Below, piece by piece: positions 17,891 to 28,306 of a stretch of DNA of 62,896 nucleotides. The position numbers and the translations under genes are program-made. Under the pieces are notes generated by a model. That model was not told the DNA's origin, ran no database searches, and saw only the letters and a program-made list of their open reading frames with translations. The stretch is from an uncultured Mycoplasmatota bacterium. Its GTDB lineage: Bacteria > Bacillota_I > Bacilli_A > RF39 > UBA660. Position 1 is the stretch's first letter. Every line of letters starts with the position of its first letter. The stretch spans positions 1-62,896 of the forward strand of contig CAOJZZ010000003.1 of the NCBI GenBank assembly GCA_948466315.1, read 5' to 3'.

Positions 17891-18074
17891 TGTGAATACA
17901 TTTTTCTTGAACACCTTCATTTATTGAGTTAGAAAAATTCCCACCTTGCATCATCTGTTCCCCACTATAATTCATCATATTAATATCAACATTCATATCA
18001 TTTTCTACAACATTATTGTTACCCATAACAGAAGAATCAAAATCAAAATTTTGAGCCATATTTTGATCAAACAT
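17859..18074 (-). CDS. cotD: 5' half of interrupted CotD-like spore coat gene (ends ...CIHRTFVHEVP, then element-derived QV*)
   Basis: AGGAGG RBS; EKCIHRTFVHEVP aligns with CotD CEHHTFSKTIVP; the element arm supplies TGA TAA. Confidence 0.85.
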   Translation of the reverse strand: MFDQNMAQNFDFDSSVMGNNNVVENDMNVDINMMNYSGEQMMQGGNFSNSINEGVQEKCIHRTFVHEVPQV

Positions 18075-18096
18075 AATCTAATTACCTCCTCTATTC

Positions 18097-18105
18097 TATA
18101 GTATG
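18097..18105 (-). promoter_or_regulatory. Putative mother-cell (sigE/sigK-type) -10 element CATACTATA upstream of cotD
   Basis: Matches CATA-NNN-TA; no convincing -35 found. Confidence 0.4.
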
Positions 18106-18148
18106 TAAAAACTAATTTTTAGCTACTATGAAGGCCCAAATAAACCAA

Positions 18149-19456
18149 TTAGAAAGGTAATTTCATATTACCATTAGATACCTGCTTCATCATCTTTTTC
18201 ATCTGATCAAATTGTTGCAGTAACTTATTAACCTCTTGTACAGAAGTACCACTACCAAGAGCAATTCTTGTCTTTCTACTTGCTTTAATAATATCAGGAT
18301 TTCTTCTCTCTTTAGGTGTCATAGATAAAACAATAGCCTCAATATGTGCCATCTGCTTTGGATCTATTTTTACATTAGTAAGTCCCATCTTTTTAGCTCC
18401 AGGAATCATTTTAATCAAATTCTCAAGTGGTCCTAACTTTTTCATTTGCTTTAAAGTAGATAAAAAATCTTCTAAATCAAACTTACCCTGTTGCATTTTC
18501 TTAGCCGACTTCATAGCCTCTTTTTCATCAATTACCTCAGTTGCCTTTTCAACAAGTGATACAATATCACCCATTCCCAAAATTCTTCCAGCCATTCTTT
18601 CAGGATCAAACAAATCAAGTCCATCCATTTTTTCAGAAGTTCCCATAAACTTAATTGGAACATTAGTTAAATGTCTAACAGATAAAGCCACTCCACCTCT
18701 AGTATCGCCATCTAATTTAGTAAGAACTACACCAGTAAGCGGTAATTTATCATTAAAACCTGTAATAACATTGATGGCATCCTGACCCATCATAGAATCA
18801 ATTACTAATAATATTTCCATAGGATTAATAGTATCTTTAATTGATACTAATTCATCCATTAGCTCCTCATCAATATGTAATCTACCAGCTGTATCAATTA
18901 AAACATAATCATATTTATTTTCTTTAGCATACGAAATAGCATGTACAACTATATCTACAGGATTAGCCTTACCTTCTTCATAAACTTCAATATTTAGCTG
19001 TTTACCAAGTTGTTTTAACTGATCTATTGCCGCTGGACGATAAACATCACAAGCTACTAACAAAGGCTTTTTATTGTGTTTTTTTCTCAAAAAACTAGCC
19101 AATTTAGCAATAGTCGTAGTTTTTCCAGAACCTTGTAAACCAACAAGCATTAAAGTAGCAGGACTACCACTAATATTCAAAGGAGCACTCTCTCCACCCA
19201 ACAGATTGGTAAGTTCATCATGAACTATTTTAACAAATAAATCTCCTGGATTAATGCTACTAGCAACTTCTTCTCCTAAAGCTTTCTCCTTAACTATAGT
19301 AGTAAATTCCTTAACCACTTTATAATTAACATCAGCCTCCAACAAAGCCAAACGAATCTCACGCATCATCTCAGAAATATTATCTTCTGTAATTTTTCCA
19401 TAACCTTTAATTTTGTGAAGCGCATTTTGTAAACGATCTCCCAAATTTTCAAACAT
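18149..19456 (-). CDS. ffh: Signal recognition particle protein
   Basis: GLQGSGKTT, DTAGR, TKLDGD, M domain. Start refined to ATG 19456. Confidence 0.98.
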   Translation of the reverse strand: MFENLGDRLQNALHKIKGYGKITEDNISEMMREIRLALLEADVNYKVVKEFTTIVKEKALGEEVASSINPGDLFVKIVHDELTNLLGGESAPLNISGSPATLMLVGLQGSGKTTTIAKLASFLRKKHNKKPLLVACDVYRPAAIDQLKQLGKQLNIEVYEEGKANPVDIVVHAISYAKENKYDYVLIDTAGRLHIDEELMDELVSIKDTINPMEILLVIDSMMGQDAINVITGFNDKLPLTGVVLTKLDGDTRGGVALSVRHLTNVPIKFMGTSEKMDGLDLFDPERMAGRILGMGDIVSLVEKATEVIDEKEAMKSAKKMQQGKFDLEDFLSTLKQMKKLGPLENLIKMIPGAKKMGLTNVKIDPKQMAHIEAIVLSMTPKERRNPDIIKASRKTRIALGSGTSVQEVNKLLQQFDQMKKMMKQVSNGNMKLPF

Positions 19457-19544
19457 TAATATCACTCCTAAACCAATTATAACGAAAAAAAAATAACAAG
19501 TAAATAAAAAACAGCACCTAAAAGATGCTATAATTTATAAAATA

Positions 19545-21779
19545 TTAACTAGTAACATCATCCAAAGATAAAGATGGAATAGAAGAAGACTCATTACTAT
19601 CACCTAATGGAACCATCTCAGGAATTCCTTGTCCTGCTACAGCATTAGTCTCAACTCCAACATTACTTACAACTTGCTGAGGCACTACTGGCTCAGGAGA
19701 AGTAGTCAAAGGAGCTGAACTGCTTATAGAAGATAAAGTAGCACTTGATGAATCCACTACATCCACTAACTTACTTTCTGTACTAGAAACAGAAGCTGAC
19801 GTATCTACACTAGAAGATTCTTCTTTCAAAGAAACATCACTAGGTATAACAAAAGAAGAATCAAAACTTTCAGACTTTTCATCACCAAACGCCATACTAG
19901 GCTCAATATTCATCTCTGGAATAGCATTTTGCGGCATTACCATATCAGCAGATGAATTAACTGAAGCAGTAGTAACCATACTATTATTATTAATTTCTGG
20001 AGAAACTCCATTATTATTAGACATAGTATTACCATTCCAAATAGTAACAACATCACAGTTACTACTCCAAGGAGCCGGATCAGGCATTTGCATCTTAACA
20101 ATTATTGGTATTCTAAATCCCATTCCAAAGCCTAAACAAGTTCCTGCTTGTAAGGTTTTCTGCTTCTCAACAATTTCATCACTAATATTTGGAACCATTT
20201 TTCGAATATATTCAACATCAACAGGGTGATTCATTTTAAATATCAAAAAATTAGAACATTGAGAGATAACTGTATCAGAAAGCTCAACAGGCCTTTGCGA
20301 AATAAGTCCTAATATAACTCCATATTTACGACCTTCCTTCGCTATTCTTTCAAATATATTATAACCAATTAAAAATCTATCTGTATCATTTTGAATATAT
20401 CTATGTGCCTCCTCAACAATTATATGAAAAGGAATACTCGCCCTATCTTTTAAGGCTTTAGCAAATTCAAAAACAAGTCTCGAGAAAATCTTCGTAATAA
20501 CTTTAGCAAAATCATCATCAACATCATCCAAATTAATATTAACAATTTGATATTTTTGCCCATTATTAATTAACATAGAAGACAAATAACTCTCCAAAGA
20601 AACATAATCTGGAACATCAAAAAATTTTGCATTGTTACCAACAATTAAAGCATGCAATCTAACACGAATAGTAACTGCATCACCATAAGTGTTCTCATTA
20701 CGTAACCATCCCTCACTAATTAAAGTAAAGTTCAAAGCTTTTTCCAATGTATCTAAAGTATAATAAACTCCACCTTGAGGCTCATAATCATCATACTCAC
20801 TATTAATAAATGAAGAAACATACTCAGTAAGTAAAACACTCTCTGCAAATTGTCCATCATTATTAATTAAGAATAATTCTCTAAACTTTCTAGTATAACC
20901 AATACCCTGTACAGGCGCTTCTAAATTAAACTCCGCTGTAGAACAACTAGCTAAAATAGAAAACACTTCATTTCTCTTATTAGGAGATGTTTCATTAGTA
21001 TAAAGAATTGTCATAATAGCTTTAGCAATCAAATGATTTTTATAATTATTAGCGTCCATATCATCCTGAGAAAAAATAAGTGCTAATTTTAACATTCTCT
21101 CAATAATAGGTAACTGTGAATGGTTAGTTGCTTGCAACAGTAATGCTAAATCTGTATAATTCAATAAAAATATAGGTAAACGTAACTTTTCTCCAATACC
21201 ATCAGCTTCATTAGTACTATAAAAACGATAATGATAATTTGGATTAATAGAATTAAGATTTTTAAAAGCATTGTAATATTCACCAGAAGAGTCAAAAAGC
21301 AAAATATTAGCTTTATAAGGAAACAATCTCTGATCATTAAACATATTTTGGAACAATCTAGAAATACCACAACTTTTACCAGAACCACTATTACCAAATA
21401 TAGCAAAATGATTACTAAAGAAACTATTAACGTCTAAAAAAACAGGATGATCATTATAGAAAGGACTAACACCTAACTGCATAAATCCTCTCTCATTTCT
21501 ACCAGTAACCATTGGTATTTCTTCTTTTTCAATAACTCTAATATGAGCATCTAAAGATGGCTTACGAATTGTTCCACCAATTAATCTACCATTAACTATT
21601 TCTCCTAAAAATCTAGCCTTAACAATATTACCATCTAAATCATCAACTTCACCCAAAACCTTTTTAGTATCATCCTCAAATATCAAATGTAAATTCATCA
21701 AATTAATAACAACATCCGTATCATCTTTTAATTTTATACTAGCAGAATGATCACTAATATAAGTAATTCTATCAAACAT
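19545..21779 (-). CDS. HerA/DUF87-type ATPase with long Ser/Val/Pro-rich C-terminal tail
   Basis: HAS-barrel-like N-terminus, GNSGSGKS Walker A, IVEEAHRY Walker B, KEGRKYG, SQRP. Confidence 0.85.
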   Translation of the reverse strand: MFDRITYISDHSASIKLKDDTDVVINLMNLHLIFEDDTKKVLGEVDDLDGNIVKARFLGEIVNGRLIGGTIRKPSLDAHIRVIEKEEIPMVTGRNERGFMQLGVSPFYNDHPVFLDVNSFFSNHFAIFGNSGSGKSCGISRLFQNMFNDQRLFPYKANILLFDSSGEYYNAFKNLNSINPNYHYRFYSTNEADGIGEKLRLPIFLLNYTDLALLLQATNHSQLPIIERMLKLALIFSQDDMDANNYKNHLIAKAIMTILYTNETSPNKRNEVFSILASCSTAEFNLEAPVQGIGYTRKFRELFLINNDGQFAESVLLTEYVSSFINSEYDDYEPQGGVYYTLDTLEKALNFTLISEGWLRNENTYGDAVTIRVRLHALIVGNNAKFFDVPDYVSLESYLSSMLINNGQKYQIVNINLDDVDDDFAKVITKIFSRLVFEFAKALKDRASIPFHIIVEEAHRYIQNDTDRFLIGYNIFERIAKEGRKYGVILGLISQRPVELSDTVISQCSNFLIFKMNHPVDVEYIRKMVPNISDEIVEKQKTLQAGTCLGFGMGFRIPIIVKMQMPDPAPWSSNCDVVTIWNGNTMSNNNGVSPEINNNSMVTTASVNSSADMVMPQNAIPEMNIEPSMAFGDEKSESFDSSFVIPSDVSLKEESSSVDTSASVSSTESKLVDVVDSSSATLSSISSSAPLTTSPEPVVPQQVVSNVGVETNAVAGQGIPEMVPLGDSNESSSIPSLSLDDVTS

Positions 21780-21985
21780 ATTACTATCCCCTCAATTCTT
21801 TCCTATCCTCATAATATACTAAAATTATATCTTATTTTAAAATGATTGACAAGAAATTTTAAAAATAACAAAAAAGATGTCATCATTCAAATAAAAACAA
21901 TAACACCAAAACCTTATAAAATAAATCAAATTCAAAGCTATTATCCTTATATATCATTTAGTTATAAACATCACAATTTCAATTA

Positions 21986-22279
21986 TCAAATCAATTCTTC
22001 TAGCTGTTTTTTTATAAAATCATTATCTAGCTCTTTTATAATATCCTTCAATTTCTGTTTCTTTTTATATAATTGTAATTTATCTTCATATTCCTGTAAT
22101 TTTTGAATAACAATATGTAATTGTTTAAAAACAGCATTTCTGCTAACTAAATAATTAGAAGAAATCTCCGAATAACTTAAATTATTAAAATAATAATCTT
22201 CAAAATAATTTTTTTGTTTCTCAGTAAGTAATTCCCCATATAAATCATATAACTCATTGTAATAAAATAACTCTTCCAA
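21986..22279 (-). CDS. ylxM: YlxM/UPF0122 DNA-binding protein
   Basis: LYDLYGELLTEKQ..YY..NLSYSEI...VSRNAV; lies between ftsY and ffh. Confidence 0.9.
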   Translation of the reverse strand: MEELFYYNELYDLYGELLTEKQKNYFEDYYFNNLSYSEISSNYLVSRNAVFKQLHIVIQKLQEYEDKLQLYKKKQKLKDIIKELDNDFIKKQLEELI

Positions 22280-22282
22280 ACA

Positions 22283-22579
22283 CTACACTCCCAACAAACC
22301 AAGAAAAAGAAAAATTAATAACATAAAACCAATAATTCCATATAAAATAGTAGCTCCTACCCTTTTATAAATAATTTGATTATTATATGCCATTACTAAT
22401 AAGGTTACTCCTAGTGATAATTGCAAATAGTTAAATAACCTTGTATTAAATATAAACAAAACAAATACAATTAACGTAAGAATTGTCATCACTATCTGAA
22501 AATCTACAAATAAAATATTAAATCTATTAATTATAGAGGCACTTTTATTACTTTCTTTCTTATCATTATTTTTACTCAT
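22283..22579 (-). CDS. Small membrane protein of unknown function
   Basis: Three hydrophobic segments; operonic with ftsY-ylxM. Confidence 0.6.
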   Translation of the reverse strand: MSKNNDKKESNKSASIINRFNILFVDFQIVMTILTLIVFVLFIFNTRLFNYLQLSLGVTLLVMAYNNQIIYKRVGATILYGIIGFMLLIFLFLGLLGV

Positions 22580-22586
22580 AATACAC

Positions 22587-23672
22587 CTACATCATATCTT
22601 TGAATAATCCATAAATATATTTTTCAATATCAAATACTTGTAAATCTTCTTTTGCCTCACCAAGTCCTATATATTTTACTGGTAAGCCAACACTCCCTTT
22701 AATAGCCAAAACTATTCCTCCCTTAGCAGTTCCATCTAACTTAGTAAGGACAATACCTGTAATGTTTGTAATAGATTTAAACGATTTTGCTTGACTAATT
22801 CCATTCTGACCAGTAGTAGCATCCAAAACTAACAATGTTTCACTGGCCCCACCTTCAATCAAACCATCTATTACCTTATTCATCTTTTCTAGTTCTTTCA
22901 TTAAATTAACTTTATTTTGAAGTCTTCCAGCAGTATCAATTAATACTACATCATACTCATCCTTAATAGCCATCTCGATTCCATCATAAACAACACTTGC
23001 TGGATCACTTCCTTCTTCTTTACCAAAAAATGAAACATCTACTTTAGTACTCCATTCCCTTAATTGTTCAATCGCTCCAGCACGAAAAGTATCAGCAGCA
23101 ACCAATAAAACTTTCTTTCCTTCTTTTTTTAAAGAATAAGCAATTTTACCTATAGTTGTAGTTTTTCCTACCCCATTTACTCCAACAAATAATATTGCAG
23201 TAGGACCATTCTCATTATAGTTTATTTTGCTACTTAACACTGAATCATTAACATAAATAATAAACAACTCATCAACTATAATTTCTTTTAACATTTCAGG
23301 ATCCGTTAAATTTTCAGACTTCACCCTAGATCTCATCCGATCAATAAAGTCCATAACTGTCTCAACACCAATATCAGCCATAATAAGAATTTCTTCCAAT
23401 TCCTCAAAATATTCTTCAGTAACTTTACTATATTTATTGGTAAGATTTGCTAATTTAGAAATAAATCCCTGTCGTGACTTAGTTAATCCTTTCTCATATA
23501 TTTTAACAGATTCTTTTTCTTCTTTTTCCTTTGGCTCTTTTAAGTCAATAGTTTCCTCAGATATACCTATCCCATCTGATAAAGATTCATATGTATTACC
23601 CAAAAGCTCTTCTTCTACTTTATCAGTCTCATTACCCTTAAACATATTCTTTATCTTATTAAATAATCCCAT
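22587..23672 (-). CDS. ftsY: SRP receptor
   Basis: GVNGVGKTT, DTFRAGA, DTAGRL, TKLDGTAKGG. Confidence 0.98.
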   Translation of the reverse strand: MGLFNKIKNMFKGNETDKVEEELLGNTYESLSDGIGISEETIDLKEPKEKEEKESVKIYEKGLTKSRQGFISKLANLTNKYSKVTEEYFEELEEILIMADIGVETVMDFIDRMRSRVKSENLTDPEMLKEIIVDELFIIYVNDSVLSSKINYNENGPTAILFVGVNGVGKTTTIGKIAYSLKKEGKKVLLVAADTFRAGAIEQLREWSTKVDVSFFGKEEGSDPASVVYDGIEMAIKDEYDVVLIDTAGRLQNKVNLMKELEKMNKVIDGLIEGGASETLLVLDATTGQNGISQAKSFKSITNITGIVLTKLDGTAKGGIVLAIKGSVGLPVKYIGLGEAKEDLQVFDIEKYIYGLFKDMM

Positions 23673-23963
23673 TTATATCACCTACTAATAGTATAACATG
23701 CAAATACTATGCCTACAACCAAACAAACAAAAAAACCAAGAAGATATCTTGGAATTAAAATCATTATTTTTATCTAAAATATTAATTTACCAAATATTTT
23801 ACTCAATACATCTACACATTTCATAGTAAATTCAATATGATTAAAAATAAATAAAACATTTGATAATTAAATCAGCATTAAATCACTTAAAACTATTTTT
23901 TATCTTTTTTGACATAAAGATTCTTTTCTTCACGAAATATAGAATTGTTTTGAATACTACCCA

Positions 23964-24344
23964 TCATTTTCTTTTAACATTAGAACAATAACGTTCTTCA
24001 ACAATTCTATTAATATCAGAATCATTAAGTAATACCCCATAATCTTGCATTCCCAAAGAACACATCTGTAAAGCCCTACTAGCCTCATTTGAAGATAAAT
24101 CTTCTGGTAAGCATTCAATAACTGCAAAAACATTCATATGTACAACAGAACTATACAATTTAAAATAATCCTCGAACTCATCATAATAACCAGCTGGAAG
24201 ACAAATACCATTTAAAGTTATACTAGCCTCCCTATCAGCTATACCTAATTCTTGACACTTCTTCATAGATGCAAAAGTATCTTTAACAGAACCAGATGTT
24301 ACACGAAAATCTAAAGAATAATTAATCTGACTATTCTCTTTCAT
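23964..24344 (-). CDS. Hypothetical protein
   Basis: ORF with strong GGAGGTGAGG RBS; no recognised motif. Confidence 0.55.
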   Translation of the reverse strand: MKENSQINYSLDFRVTSGSVKDTFASMKKCQELGIADREASITLNGICLPAGYYDEFEDYFKLYSSVVHMNVFAVIECLPEDLSSNEASRALQMCSLGMQDYGVLLNDSDINRIVEERYCSNVKRK

Positions 24345-24490
24345 ATAAACCTCACCTCCTAAATTTAAAAACTATAATAGCATAAAAGAAAAATATTTAC
24401 AAGGAATAGACAAAAACAAAAAAATGTAGTATACTTTCATCGTTAGTTCTTTATAAAACTTATAAAAAGAAAGGAGAAAAAATAATATAT

Positions 24491-26167
24491 ATGAACAAAA
24501 AACAAACCAATGAAACAAACATAATCGTTTTAGGTGGTTTAGGAGAAGTCGGAAAAAATATGTATTGTATAATGCATAAAGATGCAATTGTTATTATTGA
24601 TGCCGGAGTCAGTTTTCCAGAAAGTGAACTTATGGGAATTGACTATGTTTTACCAGATTTTACTTTTTTGAAAGAAAATGAAGATAAAATAAAAGCCTTA
24701 TTAATTACTCATGGTCATGAAGATCACATCGGTGGAATACCTTTTTTACTACAAAGTATTAATATTCCAGCAATATATGCTCCAAACCATGCTAAAGAAT
24801 TAATTGCTGTTAAACTACAAGACAAAAACATAAGATATGATAACCTTTTTGTCTATACCGAAGATACTAAGCTAAAATTTAAAGATATTGAAATTGAATT
24901 TTTTAGAACAACACATTCAATTCCAGATTCTCATGGTATAAGTATCAAAACTCCTGATGGACGAATTGTAACAACAGGAGATTACAAATTCGATTTAACA
25001 CCAATTGGCCCAATGGCTGATTTATACAAAATGGCAAAATTAGGAGAAGAAGGAGTAGATATTTTAATCGGAGACTCTACAAATGCCTTAAATGAAGGAT
25101 TCTCTAACAGCGAATCAGTTGTTGATGAAACCCTAAATGAAATGTTTGATAAATGTAAAACAAATCGTATAATTATTGCAACTTTTGCCTCAAACATCTA
25201 TCGTGTTAAACACATCTTTGAAACTTGCTACAAACATAATAGAAAAATATGTGTTTTTGGAAGAAGTATGGAAAATAACATCAATATTTCTATGAAGGGA
25301 GGTTACCTTGAACATAAAGAACTACTAATTTCACCAGAAGAGGCAAACAATCTAAAACCAAATGAGGTAACAATTCTTTGTACTGGTAGTCAAGGTGAAC
25401 CCTTAGCGGCTCTATCAAGAATATCAAATGGTACCCATAAACAAATAAAACTACGACCTGACGATGTTGTAATATTCTCATCAAGTGCTATCCCAGGAAA
25501 CGCTCTAAGTATTTCAAAAACAATAAATAAACTATGTTTAAAAGGCGTAAAAGTATATACAAATAATGTTTTAGCTGACTTACATACTTCTGGACATGCC
25601 AACGAAGAAGAAATTAAATTAATGATTCGCTTATTTAAACCAAAATATCTAATGCCATTTCATGGAGACTATCGTATGTTAAAAAAACAGGCTAATATTG
25701 GTATAAACTGTGGTATTCCAAAGGAAAATACTTTCATTTTAAAAAATGGGGATACACTTAGTTTAAAAAATCATATAATCACTAAAGGAAAAAATATGTC
25801 AGGAGCTGACATTTATGTAGATGGAAATAGAATTGGTGAAATTGGTGGAGCAGTACTTAAAGATCGTAAAATAATGGCTAACGATGGAATACTAGTTGTT
25901 ATTATCAATATTGATATGAAAAAACATGAACTATTAATAAAGCCAAATATAACAACAAGAGGATTTATTCTAGTTAATGAAAATGAAGAGCTAATTCATA
26001 AAATTGAGAAAAAAGCAGAAATCACAATCAAAACAGCACTTCAAGATCCAAGAACTACTTTTGCTAGCCTAAAAACAGATATTACAGAAACACTATATCC
26101 ATTTATTAACAATATAACAGGAAGAAAGCCTATTATTTTACCAATCATTTTAGATATAAAGAGATGA
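24491..26167 (+). CDS. rnj: Ribonuclease J
   Basis: LGGLGEVGKN, THGHEDHIG, GSQGEP, HTSGHA. Confidence 0.97.
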   Translation: MNKKQTNETNIIVLGGLGEVGKNMYCIMHKDAIVIIDAGVSFPESELMGIDYVLPDFTFLKENEDKIKALLITHGHEDHIGGIPFLLQSINIPAIYAPNHAKELIAVKLQDKNIRYDNLFVYTEDTKLKFKDIEIEFFRTTHSIPDSHGISIKTPDGRIVTTGDYKFDLTPIGPMADLYKMAKLGEEGVDILIGDSTNALNEGFSNSESVVDETLNEMFDKCKTNRIIIATFASNIYRVKHIFETCYKHNRKICVFGRSMENNINISMKGGYLEHKELLISPEEANNLKPNEVTILCTGSQGEPLAALSRISNGTHKQIKLRPDDVVIFSSSAIPGNALSISKTINKLCLKGVKVYTNNVLADLHTSGHANEEEIKLMIRLFKPKYLMPFHGDYRMLKKQANIGINCGIPKENTFILKNGDTLSLKNHIITKGKNMSGADIYVDGNRIGEIGGAVLKDRKIMANDGILVVIINIDMKKHELLIKPNITTRGFILVNENEELIHKIEKKAEITIKTALQDPRTTFASLKTDITETLYPFINNITGRKPIILPIILDIKR

Positions 26168-26187
26168 CCATTAACTATCATCTCTTT
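26158..26187. terminator. Bidirectional terminator between rnj and the convergent ORF
   Basis: AAAGAGATGA/TCATCTCTTT 10-bp stem. Confidence 0.65.
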
Positions 26188-26536
26188 ATATTTTGTCATA
26201 AAAGTCATTATAAATCATATCCCTTAAATCTAAAATACTACCATTACAAAAGATAGCTGTTTTAAAATAAAAATATCTCTTTTTTGTATCACTAACCTTT
26301 AATAGTTCAAGGTAATGCTCCCACTTTAATTTCTTCATTGTAGGAAAAAACAAAGGAAAACATAAATAAAACATTCTCATCATTTTAACATTTTCTACAG
26401 AGAATGCATCACTCATTCCGTAATGATATGAACACAATGTAGAATATTTATATACTGCATTTTCACAAAAATTCTGTTTTTGAAAAACATATTTACCTAC
26501 TTGCCAAAACAAATATAGTCGATTATTGAAAAACAT
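26186..26536 (-). CDS. DUF1016 (YhcG) N-terminal-like protein, no nuclease domain
   Basis: LFWQVGKYV and LKWEHYLELLKV...KRYFY resemble DUF1016_N. Confidence 0.5.
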   Translation of the reverse strand: MFFNNRLYLFWQVGKYVFQKQNFCENAVYKYSTLCSYHYGMSDAFSVENVKMMRMFYLCFPLFFPTMKKLKWEHYLELLKVSDTKKRYFYFKTAIFCNGSILDLRDMIYNDFYDKI

Positions 26537-26581
26537 AATATCACTCCCAATATATTATTCGAAAAAAAAAGAAAGAAACAA

Positions 26582-28135
26582 CTATTTTGCTTCCTCTTGT
26601 GCTCTAGTTTCACGAACAACTGTAATCTTAATAGTACCAGGATATTTCATTTTATCCTCTATTTTTTCTTTAATTTCACGAGCTATTTTATGTGCTCCTA
26701 AGTCATCAACTTCTTCTGGCTTAACAATAACCCTAAGTTCTCTTCCAGCCTGAACAGCAAAAGTCTTCTCAACTCCCTCAATATCATTTCCTAAATCCTC
26801 AAGCTGAGAAAGTCTATTAATATAATTTTCTAATGAATCATTACGAGCTCCTGGACGAGAAGCAGACAAAGTATCTGCAATAGCAACAATAGTTGAAGTA
26901 ACGCTAGTAGCAGCACTATCACCATGATGAGAAGCAATTGCATTAATAACAACTGGATCTTCATGATACTTCTTAGCAATATCAACACCAATATCTACAT
27001 GACTACCTTCAATTTCGTGATCTATAGCCTTACCAATATCATGTAAAAGACCTGCCCTTTTTGCTAAAGAAACATTCTCACCTAATTCTGCTGCTAACAA
27101 TCCTGATAAATTAGAAACCTCTATAGAATGCTGTAAAGCATTTTGACCATAACTAGTACGAAAATGAAGTTTACCAATAATTTCCACCAATTCTGGATCA
27201 AACTTAGTAAGTCCAAGTTCAAAAGTTGCCTCCTGCCCATACTCAATAATTTTTTGCTTCATATCCTTACATACTTTATCATATAGTTCCTCTATACGAG
27301 TTGGATGAATACGACCATCCTTAATTAAATTTTCTAAGGTAACTCGAGCAATTTCCCTTCGTAAAGGATCAAAGCTAGATAAAACTACAGCTTCAGGTGT
27401 ATCATCAATAATCAAATCAACACCAGTAATAGCTTCTATTGTTCTAATATTACGCCCCTCTCGGCCGATAATTCTACCTTTCATCTCATCATTTGGTAAA
27501 CAAACCACCGTAACAGTTTGATCATTAGCAATATCAGCAGCATAACGTTGCATAGAACTTACTATAAATTCTCTAGCCGTTTTATCAGCTGTAAGCTTAG
27601 CCTCATTTTCACTTTCACGAATATATTCAGCAATCTCAAGACTCATATCCTCTTTAACCTTACTCATAACAAGATCACGAGCCTCAGTCTTATTAAATCC
27701 TGAAATTTTCTCTAATAATTCTAATTGTTCCTTCTTTATTTCCTCCACTTTACTTTTCTCTTCTTGAATCTCAACCTGTCGCAAAGAAAGTTTTTCTTCA
27801 CGATCATCCAAAGATAATTCACGTTTTTGATACATTTCATCTCTTTTATCAAGACTAGACTCACGCTGAAGTAACCTTTTCTCTGAATCTTTTAACTCTT
27901 CTTTCTTTTCGCGAACCTCTTTATCTAACTCAATTTTTAATTTATGAGCTTCTTCCTTTTGTTCAATAGCTGCATCCCTTTTTGCCTTATCTATATCCTT
28001 CTTTGCTTGAATAATCATAGCTTCAGCTCTCTTAGACGCTCTATTAATTTTTAAACTATTTATAATAAATGCTATTATAAAACCGGCTAATAAACCAATA
28101 GCAACAAGTAAAATGGGGAATAATAAATCATTCAT
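26582..28135 (-). CDS. rny: Ribonuclease Y
   Basis: N-terminal TM, coiled coil, [15 protein letters not shown] domain, LLHDIGK HD domain. Start refined to ATG 28135. Confidence 0.98.
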   Translation of the reverse strand: MNDLLFPILLVAIGLLAGFIIAFIINSLKINRASKRAEAMIIQAKKDIDKAKRDAAIEQKEEAHKLKIELDKEVREKKEELKDSEKRLLQRESSLDKRDEMYQKRELSLDDREEKLSLRQVEIQEEKSKVEEIKKEQLELLEKISGFNKTEARDLVMSKVKEDMSLEIAEYIRESENEAKLTADKTAREFIVSSMQRYAADIANDQTVTVVCLPNDEMKGRIIGREGRNIRTIEAITGVDLIIDDTPEAVVLSSFDPLRREIARVTLENLIKDGRIHPTRIEELYDKVCKDMKQKIIEYGQEATFELGLTKFDPELVEIIGKLHFRTSYGQNALQHSIEVSNLSGLLAAELGENVSLAKRAGLLHDIGKAIDHEIEGSHVDIGVDIAKKYHEDPVVINAIASHHGDSAATSVTSTIVAIADTLSASRPGARNDSLENYINRLSQLEDLGNDIEGVEKTFAVQAGRELRVIVKPEEVDDLGAHKIAREIKEKIEDKMKYPGTIKITVVRETRAQEEAK

Positions 28136-28306
28136 AAATTCCTCCATTTCTAGATTTAGGTCCAATACCCAATCTACTTATATTGTAGATTCATTTTTAT
28201 ACCTTGTCAAGAAAAAGAAAAAGGCAAAAAATGCCATAATACTAATAAATTATAAAAACAAATTAGATAAAAGATTAAAATTATTAACTTAAAAACTTTA
28301 TCAATA

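Noticed and set aside
17859-18074. 71-aa ORF as a complete independent gene
   Set aside because: Its last codons come from the element arm, and the natural continuation lies at 8881-8750.
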